Of a stretch of 64,000 nucleotides of DNA, positions 40,014 to 49,034 are shown one piece after another. Location: assembly GCA_017511715.1 (NCBI GenBank), contig JAFWJF010000007.1:6421-70420 (forward strand). Reading direction: 5' to 3'. The notes under the pieces were generated by a model that worked only from the letters and a program-made list of their open reading frames with translations, was not told the origin of the DNA and did no database searches. The translations under genes were made by a program, and so were the position numbers. Position 1 is the stretch's first letter, and every line of letters starts with the position of its first letter. The stretch comes from Alphaproteobacteria bacterium. GTDB taxonomy: Bacteria; Pseudomonadota; Alphaproteobacteria; Rs-D84.

Positions 40014-40240
40014 ACATCGGCGAATAAATATTTGCTGATGGGGTGTAACGACCCTTTACAAATAGGCGTCTTGTTGAATTAAAGCAAGATGAAAAATGCT
40101 CCAACCACATTGGGTTGGAGGGTCGCAAAATATATCGAATATGCGCACAATTTCCTATTTGAATTGTCGTTAACCTCCAACCGCCTGAATTTCATGCGGT
40201 TTATTTGTTTATAAACAAAAAAGGAACAAAAGGAAACAAT
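40014..40240 (+). promoter_or_regulatory. Conserved structured 5' leader (copy Y) with promoter TTGTAT-17-TGTATAAT upstream
   Basis: Hairpin cuccaacc-acauug-gguuggag (~40099-40120). Second aaccuccaacc (~40172-40182) overlaps hairpin ccgcc-ugaauuucau-gcgg + U-rich (~40181-40212). ATG at 40241. Confidence 0.5.
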
Positions 40241-41413
40241 ATGAAATCGAAAATAATAATGACCTCTATGGTCGGCTTGGCGTTTGCGATGCCGGCATTC
40301 GCGGCGCCAAGCAATTCTTCCAACACATTTCCGTCAAACGGACAAATGCAGGAAGACACTAAATACATAGGTCAGGCAACACAAGCAAACCTGCACTCAT
40401 ACGAAGGACCGGTGACGGCAACCGCAAATTATACCGATACGCCATATACCGTGACGGCGGGTAATTATTTGCCAATGTCATCGGAAACAGTTGCACAATG
40501 TACCAGCGGTAATTATTGTCCGGGAATAAACGGCACAGTAAATTACAGCACGTCAGCGAATCAAGGTTTAACCGCATGTCCAAATGGATATCCAAATTCA
40601 TTGGCTGGCGCAACATCGGATACAGAATGTTATACGGCATGCACGGTTGCAAATGCGGGAATCGCCAACGCAAGCGCAGTATCCGGTAATGATTATTATG
40701 GCACAGGCACCGACACTTGTTATCCAACAGAATGCGTTGCCGGTTGGCATCTTAACCCCGGCGCACCAGATTTAACAACGATAATCGGCGAATCGGCATC
40801 AACAGGGTATGGATATCAAAATAACAGTGCCACAGCCCCTGATGGTGAAAACCAAAATACATACGGCATTACCCAAAATAATGAATTTGTGGTTGATTAT
40901 GGCAACAAAGGAAAAATCCACGGATATGCAAGATGTAGTACGCGTTCTGCAACCGACCCATGGGTGGGTCCAGATGAATATGAATTACAATCAGACAATA
41001 TAACCAGCACATTACCAGATAGCACGGGTCAATATTGTTATTGTCAACTTGATGGCTATACACCGAATGGTCAATCAATGCAAAGCGTGTCTGCCCCTTG
41101 GGTGTTCGAAGTCGACTTAGGTTCTTTGTCGCTGGATTGTGCGTCGAACTGCGCGCGCAACTGTGCGTCCGATCTGCGGTCCAACTTCACGTTCCGTACC
41201 GCGGTGTTTAACGCCGTTGCGGCAGCAGGCGCACCATCATGTGATGCGAATGTTATTTCTATCACATGGGATGGTGCGGATGCGGCGGACGTTGCGGCGA
41301 ATGATGCAGGACAATGTACATATGGTGGCGATATCAATACACCGAAAAAGGCTGTGCATGTTCCCGGAAAGACGTTTGTCGGTTGGACATTCGACACACC
41401 AAGTGGAAACTAA
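40241..41413 (+). CDS. Secreted cysteine-rich protein, paralog family member with C-terminal Listeria-Bacteroides-repeat-like module (390 aa)
   Basis: Signal peptide MKSKIIMTSMVGLAFAMPAFA; shared motif QYCYCQLDG...SAPWVFEV...CASNCARNCAS...FTFRTAVFN; C-terminal ISITWDG...GKTFVGWTF. Confidence 0.55.
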   Translation: MKSKIIMTSMVGLAFAMPAFAAPSNSSNTFPSNGQMQEDTKYIGQATQANLHSYEGPVTATANYTDTPYTVTAGNYLPMSSETVAQCTSGNYCPGINGTVNYSTSANQGLTACPNGYPNSLAGATSDTECYTACTVANAGIANASAVSGNDYYGTGTDTCYPTECVAGWHLNPGAPDLTTIIGESASTGYGYQNNSATAPDGENQNTYGITQNNEFVVDYGNKGKIHGYARCSTRSATDPWVGPDEYELQSDNITSTLPDSTGQYCYCQLDGYTPNGQSMQSVSAPWVFEVDLGSLSLDCASNCARNCASDLRSNFTFRTAVFNAVAAAGAPSCDANVISITWDGADAADVAANDAGQCTYGGDINTPKKAVHVPGKTFVGWTFDTPSGN

Positions 41414-41588
41414 CAACCCACGCACAACAAACACCGCCCATTCCCGGGCGGTTTTTGATTCTGCGAACCTAAAATTCCCCGCCTGGGGCGGGGGGGACCA
41501 CGAAGTGGTGGGGAGGGTTGCCAATAAATATTGTGTATCAAGAACCTCCCTCCCGTCCTTACGGACGGACTCCCCCCAAGGGGAGAAT

Positions 41589-41612
41589 CAAAAATTCCCC
41601 GCTCCGGGCGGG
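41589..41612 (-). terminator. Terminator hairpin for zapA (ccccgcccggagcgggg + U-run on minus strand); a second similar hairpin at ~41478-41500
   Basis: GC-rich inverted repeats followed by aattttt on minus strand. Confidence 0.45.
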
Positions 41613-41613
41613 G

Positions 41614-41892
41614 TTATGAAATCTTGTGCTTAATCTCACGAATGCGGGCTAATATTTCACGCAAATCTTCGTCTGAAACTGTCGGGGTTTGGTTTTTATT
41701 CTGAATTTCATCAACTAAAACTATACAGAGCGTTGCAAGCAAAGCATTTTCTTGTAATGGCCCTATTTTATCCAAAATCTGACGTGCGCGGGCATCGACT
41801 ATGCGCCCCAGCTCGATAAGGCGTCCTTCCTGGCCGTCTTCACAGCCCATCGGATAATTGCGATTAACAATAGGTATTGAAACTACACTCAT
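41614..41892 (-). CDS. zapA: Cell division protein ZapA
   Basis: 92 aa; N-terminal VSIPIVNRNYPMGCEDGQEGRLIELGRIVDARARQI fits ZapA pattern. Confidence 0.65.
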   Translation of the reverse strand: MSVVSIPIVNRNYPMGCEDGQEGRLIELGRIVDARARQILDKIGPLQENALLATLCIVLVDEIQNKNQTPTVSDEDLREILARIREIKHKIS

Positions 41893-42101
41893 TTCTTTAA
41901 TTTCTCTAAGATTGAAACAGATTTTTCAATTAACTGTTTTGCAACTTCGTTCTTTTCGCGCAATGTTTTGACCTGCTTGGTCAATATCGCCACTTCTAAA
42001 TCAGTTTGCTTGCTGGCAGATGTGGCATCTGCACGCAGATGCACCGTTAATGCTTCTAAAGAATCGAGTTCTTGAAAAATTTGTTCTTTGATATTCGCCA
42101 T
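41889..42101 (-). CDS. Small coiled-coil protein upstream of zapA (ZauP-like)
   Basis: 70 aa all-helical coiled coil, translationally coupled to zapA as in alphaproteobacterial zauP-zapA. Confidence 0.4.
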   Translation of the reverse strand: MANIKEQIFQELDSLEALTVHLRADATSASKQTDLEVAILTKQVKTLREKNEVAKQLIEKSVSILEKLKK

Positions 42102-42183
42102 ATTTGCATTTTAAGACATTTTTTATATGCGTTCAACCCTAAAATGTGATATAATGTCGTATGTTATATGGGGGAATTGTTTC

Positions 42184-43134
42184 ATGAAGACTAAAATTAT
42201 CTATATTTCTGGAAATGAAGTTTTTGATATGGCGGATATTCGTGCCGCTTTCGAAGAAGTACGTAAAACATTAAACCTGGACAAAACAACGGTTATGTTT
42301 GGCGTTCCTGTGGATACAGATGATGCCGGTTTAATGTCGGACGAACGCCAAAAAACTGTTAATGTTCCGGAAACAATTGTTGAAAACATCCCTGATTCAG
42401 AACCAATTATTGAAACAACCGAAGAAATCGAGCACCCCGAAATAACACAAGAAATTATCGTGGAAACAGTTTCAGAACCTGTTGTTGAAGTTGCGCCCAA
42501 AAAACGCGGTCGCCAACGCAAAGAAGAAATTATCGATGAACCTGTTGCCAAAGAAAACGAACCAACAGATTCAGATGAAAAAATTGTTCCTATATTGTCT
42601 GTCCTGTCCACAAAGTCTGAACCAGAACAAATTGAAGAAGACGTGCTTCCTGAACCCGCAGAAATCGAAGATGTTGAAGAAGTTGAAATAATCTCTGAAA
42701 TTTCCGAAGAAAAAACAGAAGACGATGTAGACGAAGAAACAATCAATGACACCAATGTTTCACAAGAATCAGAAGATGATGATGAAGCTGATTTGGAAAA
42801 ATTATTGTCTGCAATGACCCCGTTGGCAGAAGATGTTTTAAGCGAAGATAAAAAAGAAATCTCTGCAGAACCAGAATATAATGATGATATTTCTGTGGAT
42901 GCAACATTGGAACAACTGGCAACAGAATTCGCAGAAACACAAGATAAAATCTCGTCAGGGAACAAATCTTCTTCGCGCAGTAAAATTGGAAAATTACGCA
43001 ATATTTTACCGTTCAAACAATCTAAACACAAAGACCAAGGCCTTGGCGATTTGTTCGGATGGGCTGGGGTTGCTGCAAATGATGAAGATTTTTCTGTACC
43101 AGGATTTTTCACAAATGCAGCATCTAAAAAATAA
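42184..43134 (+). CDS. Highly acidic hypothetical protein (316 aa)
   Basis: Glu/Asp-rich low-complexity middle, conserved-looking ends. The same span carries a full-length antisense ORF (42201..43112) that is serine/low-complexity and probably not real. Confidence 0.4.
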   Translation: MKTKIIYISGNEVFDMADIRAAFEEVRKTLNLDKTTVMFGVPVDTDDAGLMSDERQKTVNVPETIVENIPDSEPIIETTEEIEHPEITQEIIVETVSEPVVEVAPKKRGRQRKEEIIDEPVAKENEPTDSDEKIVPILSVLSTKSEPEQIEEDVLPEPAEIEDVEEVEIISEISEEKTEDDVDEETINDTNVSQESEDDDEADLEKLLSAMTPLAEDVLSEDKKEISAEPEYNDDISVDATLEQLATEFAETQDKISSGNKSSSRSKIGKLRNILPFKQSKHKDQGLGDLFGWAGVAANDEDFSVPGFFTNAASKK

Positions 43135-43136
43135 CA

Positions 43137-44117
43137 ATGGATGAAACAACCATTATCAATTTGCTTACTAATTCAGGACTGAAAGTTTTCGGTTTAGATT
43201 CTGATTTTATTTATTTTGAAGACCCGTCTTGTGTTTTTCCTGCTTTTGATACACTGCTTGAATACGCGTGGATTGCGATATTGGTTTTTACAGCAATAAT
43301 GCTTTTTGGTTGGGGGGTGCTTTACATCAAAAACGGGGTAAAAATAGATACACTTTTCAACAATGCAAAAACTTTAATTCTTGTGTTGTGTATTCTTGGG
43401 GTCGTAAAATCTATTGTTAATTTAGTGTATGGCGACAATTTGTTCGCGAAACAATGCGAAGTCAAACAAGTTTCACGTGCAGCGGTAAATGAATTGTTGG
43501 AATTGCGCAATAAAAAACTTGGAAAATCTGACGAAAATATTTTATATGAAAATTTCAGTGTGATTGATTCTGGGGTTAATTATTCCGATGTTACTAATGA
43601 AGTTTTACCAAAACCAACCGTAGAAACCATAAAGCAAGAATCGGTATATTCTGGCTTCAAGGCATCTGATATTAAAATGGTTGAATCTGGCAAGGGTTAT
43701 GTTATCTATGTAAAACAAGACGGCACAAAAATAAAACGTACGGGTGGCACAACTGCATGGCGAACAAACAACCCCGGAAATATTATCAAATCTAAATTCG
43801 CATCTGAAAATGGCGCAATCGGTGTCGCCGGCAGATTTGCTGTATTTCCCAATGAAGAAACCGGATTGCAAGCAACCATTAAATTATTGCGCAGTTCTGG
43901 TTATATAAATTTACAACTGCGTCAAGTGTATCACAGATGGGCACCAAAAGGTGATGGCAACAATAATCCTGATGCATATGCTAATCGCGTGTCAAAACTT
44001 TCAGGTGTTCCGTTGAACAAACAAATAAAAGAACTTGATGACAACGAAATCATGCGTGTTGCGCGCGCAATGCAAACTGTTGAAGGATGGACAATCGGCA
44101 TTGAACAAAAAATATAA
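43137..44117 (+). CDS. Membrane protein with C-terminal soluble domain (possible peptidoglycan-interacting; WRxNNPGN motif)
   Basis: Two N-terminal TM helices; C-terminal ~200 aa domain of unknown family. Confidence 0.4.
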   Translation: MDETTIINLLTNSGLKVFGLDSDFIYFEDPSCVFPAFDTLLEYAWIAILVFTAIMLFGWGVLYIKNGVKIDTLFNNAKTLILVLCILGVVKSIVNLVYGDNLFAKQCEVKQVSRAAVNELLELRNKKLGKSDENILYENFSVIDSGVNYSDVTNEVLPKPTVETIKQESVYSGFKASDIKMVESGKGYVIYVKQDGTKIKRTGGTTAWRTNNPGNIIKSKFASENGAIGVAGRFAVFPNEETGLQATIKLLRSSGYINLQLRQVYHRWAPKGDGNNNPDAYANRVSKLSGVPLNKQIKELDDNEIMRVARAMQTVEGWTIGIEQKI

Positions 44118-44128
44118 AGGCAAAACTT

Positions 44129-44719
44129 ATGAATAAAACAAAAAATTTAATATGGTTTTTATCCGTCATTGTATTATGTGCATTAGCATTCGTTCTTTAC
44201 ACCACATATAACAAACAAAAAACCAACGAACAAAATGCACCTGTTTTCAGCGATGAATTTACGACACCAAATGCTATTTTTTCGGACGGGCTGACGAATC
44301 CCGATTCTGTGACAAAATATCAACTTGATGAATTTGATGTTGGTGTATCAGAAAAAAATATTTACTATGCAGATATAAACCACGATAACAAACCAGACAG
44401 AATAACAAGAACTTTCACAGAAACCGGAAACGCACATTCTTATTACGAATACAAAATTGAACTAAATCAAGACGGCAAATATATTGATATAACACCTGAA
44501 AATTTCAGAACAATAAGTGGTGCAGATTGCGATTTGCAACTTATACAATTTGTTTTCAGACCACAATTCAGAATTATTTTAATTTCTCGCGATATGGGCG
44601 AAACATGGATTGATGCAACCGTGGCAAAAAAACAAGTATTCCAAATATCTGAAAACAAACTGAAACAAACAGAAACAAAAATTTTGCGCAAAGTTTGTGA
44701 TGTCAAAAACTTATTTTAG
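44129..44719 (+). CDS. Membrane-anchored hypothetical protein (196 aa)
   Basis: N-terminal TM; no motif. Confidence 0.35.
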   Translation: MNKTKNLIWFLSVIVLCALAFVLYTTYNKQKTNEQNAPVFSDEFTTPNAIFSDGLTNPDSVTKYQLDEFDVGVSEKNIYYADINHDNKPDRITRTFTETGNAHSYYEYKIELNQDGKYIDITPENFRTISGADCDLQLIQFVFRPQFRIILISRDMGETWIDATVAKKQVFQISENKLKQTETKILRKVCDVKNLF

Positions 44720-45409
44720 ATTATCAAACAACAAATGCATATTCTTGGCAGAATAAATTATATCGCCCGAAACCAATAAATGGTCATAAAGTTTTATTTT
44801 CAATTTCTGTAATGCACTTTGTAATTCTTGTGTTATCAAAATATCTTCTGATGAAAAAGACACGCCGGGTGTTGGGTGATTATGCAACATAACGATATTG
44901 CGCGCATCTAAATCTAAGGCCCTTTTAACAATTTCACGAACATAAACAGCCGCCCAATCAACAGTTCCTGTACTGTGCAATTCATCTTCTATTAACTTAT
45001 ATTCACCATCAAGATACAAGACATGAAATTCTTCAACATTTTTACCACCTAATAATATCTTGCAATAATTTTCCAATTTTTCGTAGTTATGAAATATTGG
45101 CGCACTGTCCAGAACAGCCTTGTATTCCAATTCTGTTATTTTATGAATTAACTTGAAAAATGTTGCAGTGTTTTCTTTGATTCCTTCATTTGCGGTCAAA
45201 GATTCCATCGGCGCAGCCAACACAGAATGTATCGAACCATATTTCTTGTAAAGTTGTCTAGACAAAGCACGAACATCACGTCGCGGTATCGCATAAGTTA
45301 ATAATAATTCCAGCATTTCATATTCTGGTGTTTGTCCATCAAGAAATTTTTTACGCAACCGCGCACGATGCCCAGATTGTAAAGATTGTAAATCTTTCGC
45401 TTTAATCAT
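44711..45409 (-). CDS. radC: RadC-like JAB domain protein (UPF0758)
   Basis: JAMM-like motif HNHPTPG...S..D; N-terminal HhH-like region. Confidence 0.8.
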   Translation of the reverse strand: MIKAKDLQSLQSGHRARLRKKFLDGQTPEYEMLELLLTYAIPRRDVRALSRQLYKKYGSIHSVLAAPMESLTANEGIKENTATFFKLIHKITELEYKAVLDSAPIFHNYEKLENYCKILLGGKNVEEFHVLYLDGEYKLIEDELHSTGTVDWAAVYVREIVKRALDLDARNIVMLHNHPTPGVSFSSEDILITQELQSALQKLKIKLYDHLLVSGDIIYSAKNMHLLFDNLK

Positions 45410-46172
45410 GAATCATTTTTTCTGTAAATATAATCACACCATCTTCCGTGATACCTAAAGTGTGTTCCCATTGCGCAGACAAACCGCCATCCGCGGTCCT
45501 TACTGTCCAACCATCTTTTTCATCGGTTGTACATCTGTGTGTTCCTGTATTTATCATGGGTTCTATTGTAAATACAAAACCTGGTTGCATTATCAGTTTA
45601 TCGTAAGCCTTGTCATAAAAATGTAATATATTGGGGTTATCATGCATCACCTTACCGATACCATGTCCACAATAATCTTGAACGATAGAAAAACCATGTG
45701 GTTTTACAACCGCCTCTATCGTTTTTCCTATTTCAGAAAGCGGAACACCAGGCGCACAAATAGAAATTGCCGCATTAAGTGCATCTTGACAGGTTTGCAC
45801 CAATTCGCGAGCTTTGTTGGAAACATTTCCAATCATAAACATACGTGATGCATCACCGTGAAAACCGTGATATTCTGCCGTTAAATCGACATTTATTATA
45901 TCGCCGTCTTTCAATATAACATTATCATTTGGGATTCCGTGACACACAACATCATTAATTGAAGTACAAATACTTTTTGGATACCCCATATACCCAAGGT
46001 CAGACGAACGTGCACCGTTTTCTTTCAGGAATTCTGCAACCAGCCTATCAATTTCCCCGGTTGAAACACCGGCAACAATATGCGGTGTAATATAATCGAA
46101 ACAACGCGCAACCAAATCGCCAGATACGCGTAATCTCTTAAAATCTTTTGGAGCATATACAGATGACAACAT
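45402..46172 (-). CDS. map: Methionine aminopeptidase type I
   Basis: Metal ligands D..D..H..E..E pattern, VVCHGIPND motif. Confidence 0.92.
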   Translation of the reverse strand: MLSSVYAPKDFKRLRVSGDLVARCFDYITPHIVAGVSTGEIDRLVAEFLKENGARSSDLGYMGYPKSICTSINDVVCHGIPNDNVILKDGDIINVDLTAEYHGFHGDASRMFMIGNVSNKARELVQTCQDALNAAISICAPGVPLSEIGKTIEAVVKPHGFSIVQDYCGHGIGKVMHDNPNILHFYDKAYDKLIMQPGFVFTIEPMINTGTHRCTTDEKDGWTVRTADGGLSAQWEHTLGITEDGVIIFTEKMIHD

Positions 46173-46174
46173 TT

Positions 46175-47164
46175 TTATTTCCTTCGTTTTAATGCGAGCT
46201 TTGCAGCACGCACAGACAATTTCAATGAAAAATCACGTATTAAAATTTCTGGTGACATACCTTTTGTTCTGAATTGTTTTTCCAGTTCATTTAATTTTGA
46301 TAATACATTTACAATTTCTTTTTCAGGCCAAATTTTTACTGCCATATTAAATTTATCTGCAACTTTCCAAAACAATTTTGGTAATTGCCCATCGACAACA
46401 GCAGTTAACAACCTGGAAAAATGATTGTACAACATACGAACCAGCATATTAGAATCAGCACCAGCATATAATAATCTGTCCAGCGCAACCATTGTTTGAT
46501 TTATATGTCCTGCTGTTAACGAATACATATAATCATCGGCACTGGATGCAGAAGTGTCCGGCAAACATTTTTCTACATCTTCTAAATCGACAATATGTTT
46601 ATCTGAAACATAAATCGCGATTTTTTGTAAAAAACTGCGTGTAATACCCCTGTCGCCCCCCATGTGAGATAACATGTAAGACATTGCATCCGGGGTTATC
46701 TGACGAATACCAGATGCCGCAGATAATTCTTTGCGAATAAGGGCTTCCAGTGTTTTTGTATCATCAGAATAACACGCGATTGCCGCAATACCAGATTTGG
46801 CTTCTTCGAACAATTTACGTAATGACGCAGGGCGCAAATCACCAGCAGTCACAATAACCGTTGCACAAAGCGAAGAAGATGTCACCAAATCAGATATAAT
46901 TTTAGTATCGCTGTCACCTGCCCCTGATATTATAACGGCTTTACGTCCACCAAACATTGACGGACTGCAACTTTCTGCGAATACCGCATCTTCTTTGTCG
47001 CGCAATTCATTCGCATCAAGTGCCAACAGATTATCTTTTTCAATTTCCAGTTTTTCAATTGCTTTATCACACAATTCATCAACCAGACCTGCATCTGGCC
47101 CATATATCAATACCGCATTGATATTTATGATTCCAGAATTAAAATCTGATTCTTTCCATTTCAT
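46175..47164 (-). CDS. holA: DNA polymerase III subunit delta
   Basis: 329 aa, N-terminal VLIYGPDAGL motif, gene order holA-lptE as in proteobacteria. Confidence 0.8.
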   Translation of the reverse strand: MKWKESDFNSGIININAVLIYGPDAGLVDELCDKAIEKLEIEKDNLLALDANELRDKEDAVFAESCSPSMFGGRKAVIISGAGDSDTKIISDLVTSSSLCATVIVTAGDLRPASLRKLFEEAKSGIAAIACYSDDTKTLEALIRKELSAASGIRQITPDAMSYMLSHMGGDRGITRSFLQKIAIYVSDKHIVDLEDVEKCLPDTSASSADDYMYSLTAGHINQTMVALDRLLYAGADSNMLVRMLYNHFSRLLTAVVDGQLPKLFWKVADKFNMAVKIWPEKEIVNVLSKLNELEKQFRTKGMSPEILIRDFSLKLSVRAAKLALKRRK

Positions 47165-47622
47165 TATTTACTTTCTTGTTTCTGAATTTCTGTTATCACG
47201 CGCATACTGATTTTTTCAGACAACTGATGTATCGTGTTCATAACCGCATTATTATATGACGCATTAGATGCAACCAGATAACGAACAAAAGTATAACTTT
47301 CTGCGGCAGATTCTTTGGACGTGGCAATTTCCTTGTCGCCCTGCTTTAGAACATACGTTGCATTTAATTTAACTTCTTGCCAAACCGCGTCGCCTGCGCG
47401 TTCAAACGCTTTATATTGAGTCACAGGTTCATCCAGTTTGACAGTCAATGTATATTTTGCATTTTGTTCGTGTATGCCACCAAATTGGGCATTTAATGAA
47501 TTACGCAATTCAATACCATTAATACCGCTTATCGGTGCGACATAAACATCTGTCTTGTCGCCAGAAAAGATTGGGCGAAAACTGCATGCCGATATCATCA
47601 AAAGTAAAAATAATTTTTTCAT
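47164..47622 (-). CDS. lptE: LPS-assembly lipoprotein LptE
   Basis: 152 aa lipoprotein (lipobox ISAC) immediately upstream of holA. Confidence 0.7.
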   Translation of the reverse strand: MKKLFLLLMISACSFRPIFSGDKTDVYVAPISGINGIELRNSLNAQFGGIHEQNAKYTLTVKLDEPVTQYKAFERAGDAVWQEVKLNATYVLKQGDKEIATSKESAAESYTFVRYLVASNASYNNAVMNTIHQLSEKISMRVITEIQKQESK

Positions 47623-47687
47623 GTCTTTTTCCTGTTGAAGTTTATATTAATATTAGCTACACTTTTCATAAATCGCAAGGGGGAATC

Positions 47688-48929
47688 TTGAATATTTTTC
47701 TAATTCTTTTATCCGTAATAATTATGGCGGGGTATTATATTATATCGTCCCCATCTCAGCGTATAATCGAACATGAAACAGAATATGCGATAAAAAGGGC
47801 AGATTTGCGTTCCATCGCAGAATGTGTGGTATCCGCCCAAAACGCCGCAATGTACGCCGAAGATTTCAATGATATATGTATAGAAAAATACGGAATTGTC
47901 AGCCAATATGTTTGCATGAACGAAAAATACAACATTGTTTCGTGTGATTCTGAAGATACCAAGGCCCCCACATACAGCTTTATTATAACGACTTCTTCTG
48001 CATTACCAGAAGAAGAATATAATAACATGCTGGAAATTTTGGAAAAACATTATCCGGACGCAGGGACATTTGGTGTCTTTATCAATCCTAATTTAATGTC
48101 GGCAGGTTCTGTGGCAAATCGCGCTATTCCATCAAAAATTATCGAAGCAGCAAAATTGCAAACAGGACAACTGATGTACCTTATGCAATATAAAATCCCA
48201 GAAAAAACGATAGAATATCCCTTGGTTGATGGTTCCAATATAAATTGTCCGGTTGGAACGATGAAGACTTTCAGATTTGGTCGTTGGCAGTGTATCGATT
48301 ATAACTATAAAACATCTTGCACTGGCGATACAATATGGGATCCTGATTTGATGGTTTGTGTCGCAGACGAAAGCCGTAAGCCACTATGTTCTAACAACCA
48401 AACCGCTGTTATGGTTGATGACATATGGGAATGCGTGGATCCTTTTTCTGACCAAGTTTGCCCGGAAAAGATGGTGGCGCGCCTTAATTATTCAACACTA
48501 ACTTGGGAATGCGTAGAAGATCCAAATGCAACCAAGACCGTAAAAAAATGCGATAACATCGCACTGGCACCCCAGATGCGTGGCGCAGTTGGTGCAACAC
48601 TGCGTGTTCGTTCTGTGTCGTGCACCGATTGCGAAACCGCGGTCATAGACCAGGAAACATGCGAAACACATTGTATTCCTGATACGAACAAATTAACAGA
48701 CCCACGGTGTTATGATGGCGACATTTCCGAATGCAGTGGTTCAACCCGCGGTTTGTATTTTGGTTTTTCGGCAAAATCACGTCCAGATTTAATACCTGCA
48801 CTGCAAAATACTTCCGTTATTTTGGACCGCGACCACAGCCAAAACAGAATGTTTAATTGCCTTGATTGTGGCGAAGGCGAAATAGACACATCAAAATCAA
48901 TTTCGCCCTATACAGCCATTTGTAAGTAA
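47688..48929 (+). CDS. Cysteine-rich secreted/membrane-anchored protein (413 aa)
   Basis: TTG start after RBS aaggggg, N-terminal signal-anchor, C-terminal half with many paired Cys (CxxGT...C motifs); the table ORF start at 47535 overlaps lptE and is unlikely. Confidence 0.45.
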   Translation: MNIFLILLSVIIMAGYYIISSPSQRIIEHETEYAIKRADLRSIAECVVSAQNAAMYAEDFNDICIEKYGIVSQYVCMNEKYNIVSCDSEDTKAPTYSFIITTSSALPEEEYNNMLEILEKHYPDAGTFGVFINPNLMSAGSVANRAIPSKIIEAAKLQTGQLMYLMQYKIPEKTIEYPLVDGSNINCPVGTMKTFRFGRWQCIDYNYKTSCTGDTIWDPDLMVCVADESRKPLCSNNQTAVMVDDIWECVDPFSDQVCPEKMVARLNYSTLTWECVEDPNATKTVKKCDNIALAPQMRGAVGATLRVRSVSCTDCETAVIDQETCETHCIPDTNKLTDPRCYDGDISECSGSTRGLYFGFSAKSRPDLIPALQNTSVILDRDHSQNRMFNCLDCGEGEIDTSKSISPYTAICK

Positions 48930-49034
48930 AAAATCTTTAACATATAAACGGTTATAAAAAACACCCCGCAGGCACGGGATGTTTTTAACAGAGTAAAGAA
49001 TCGAACAAATCTTAAAACAAATTGAAGATTACTC

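Noticed and set aside
42201-43112. 303-aa minus-strand ORF antisense to the acidic protein gene
   Set aside because: Serine-rich low complexity mirroring the Glu/Asp codons of the sense gene; the sense gene has an RBS and conserved-looking termini.
47535-47687. Upstream extension of ORF 47535..48929 overlapping lptE
   Set aside because: It would overlap the lptE coding end by ~90 nt on the opposite strand. A TTG with AAGGGGG RBS at 47688 begins exactly at the hydrophobic signal-anchor.
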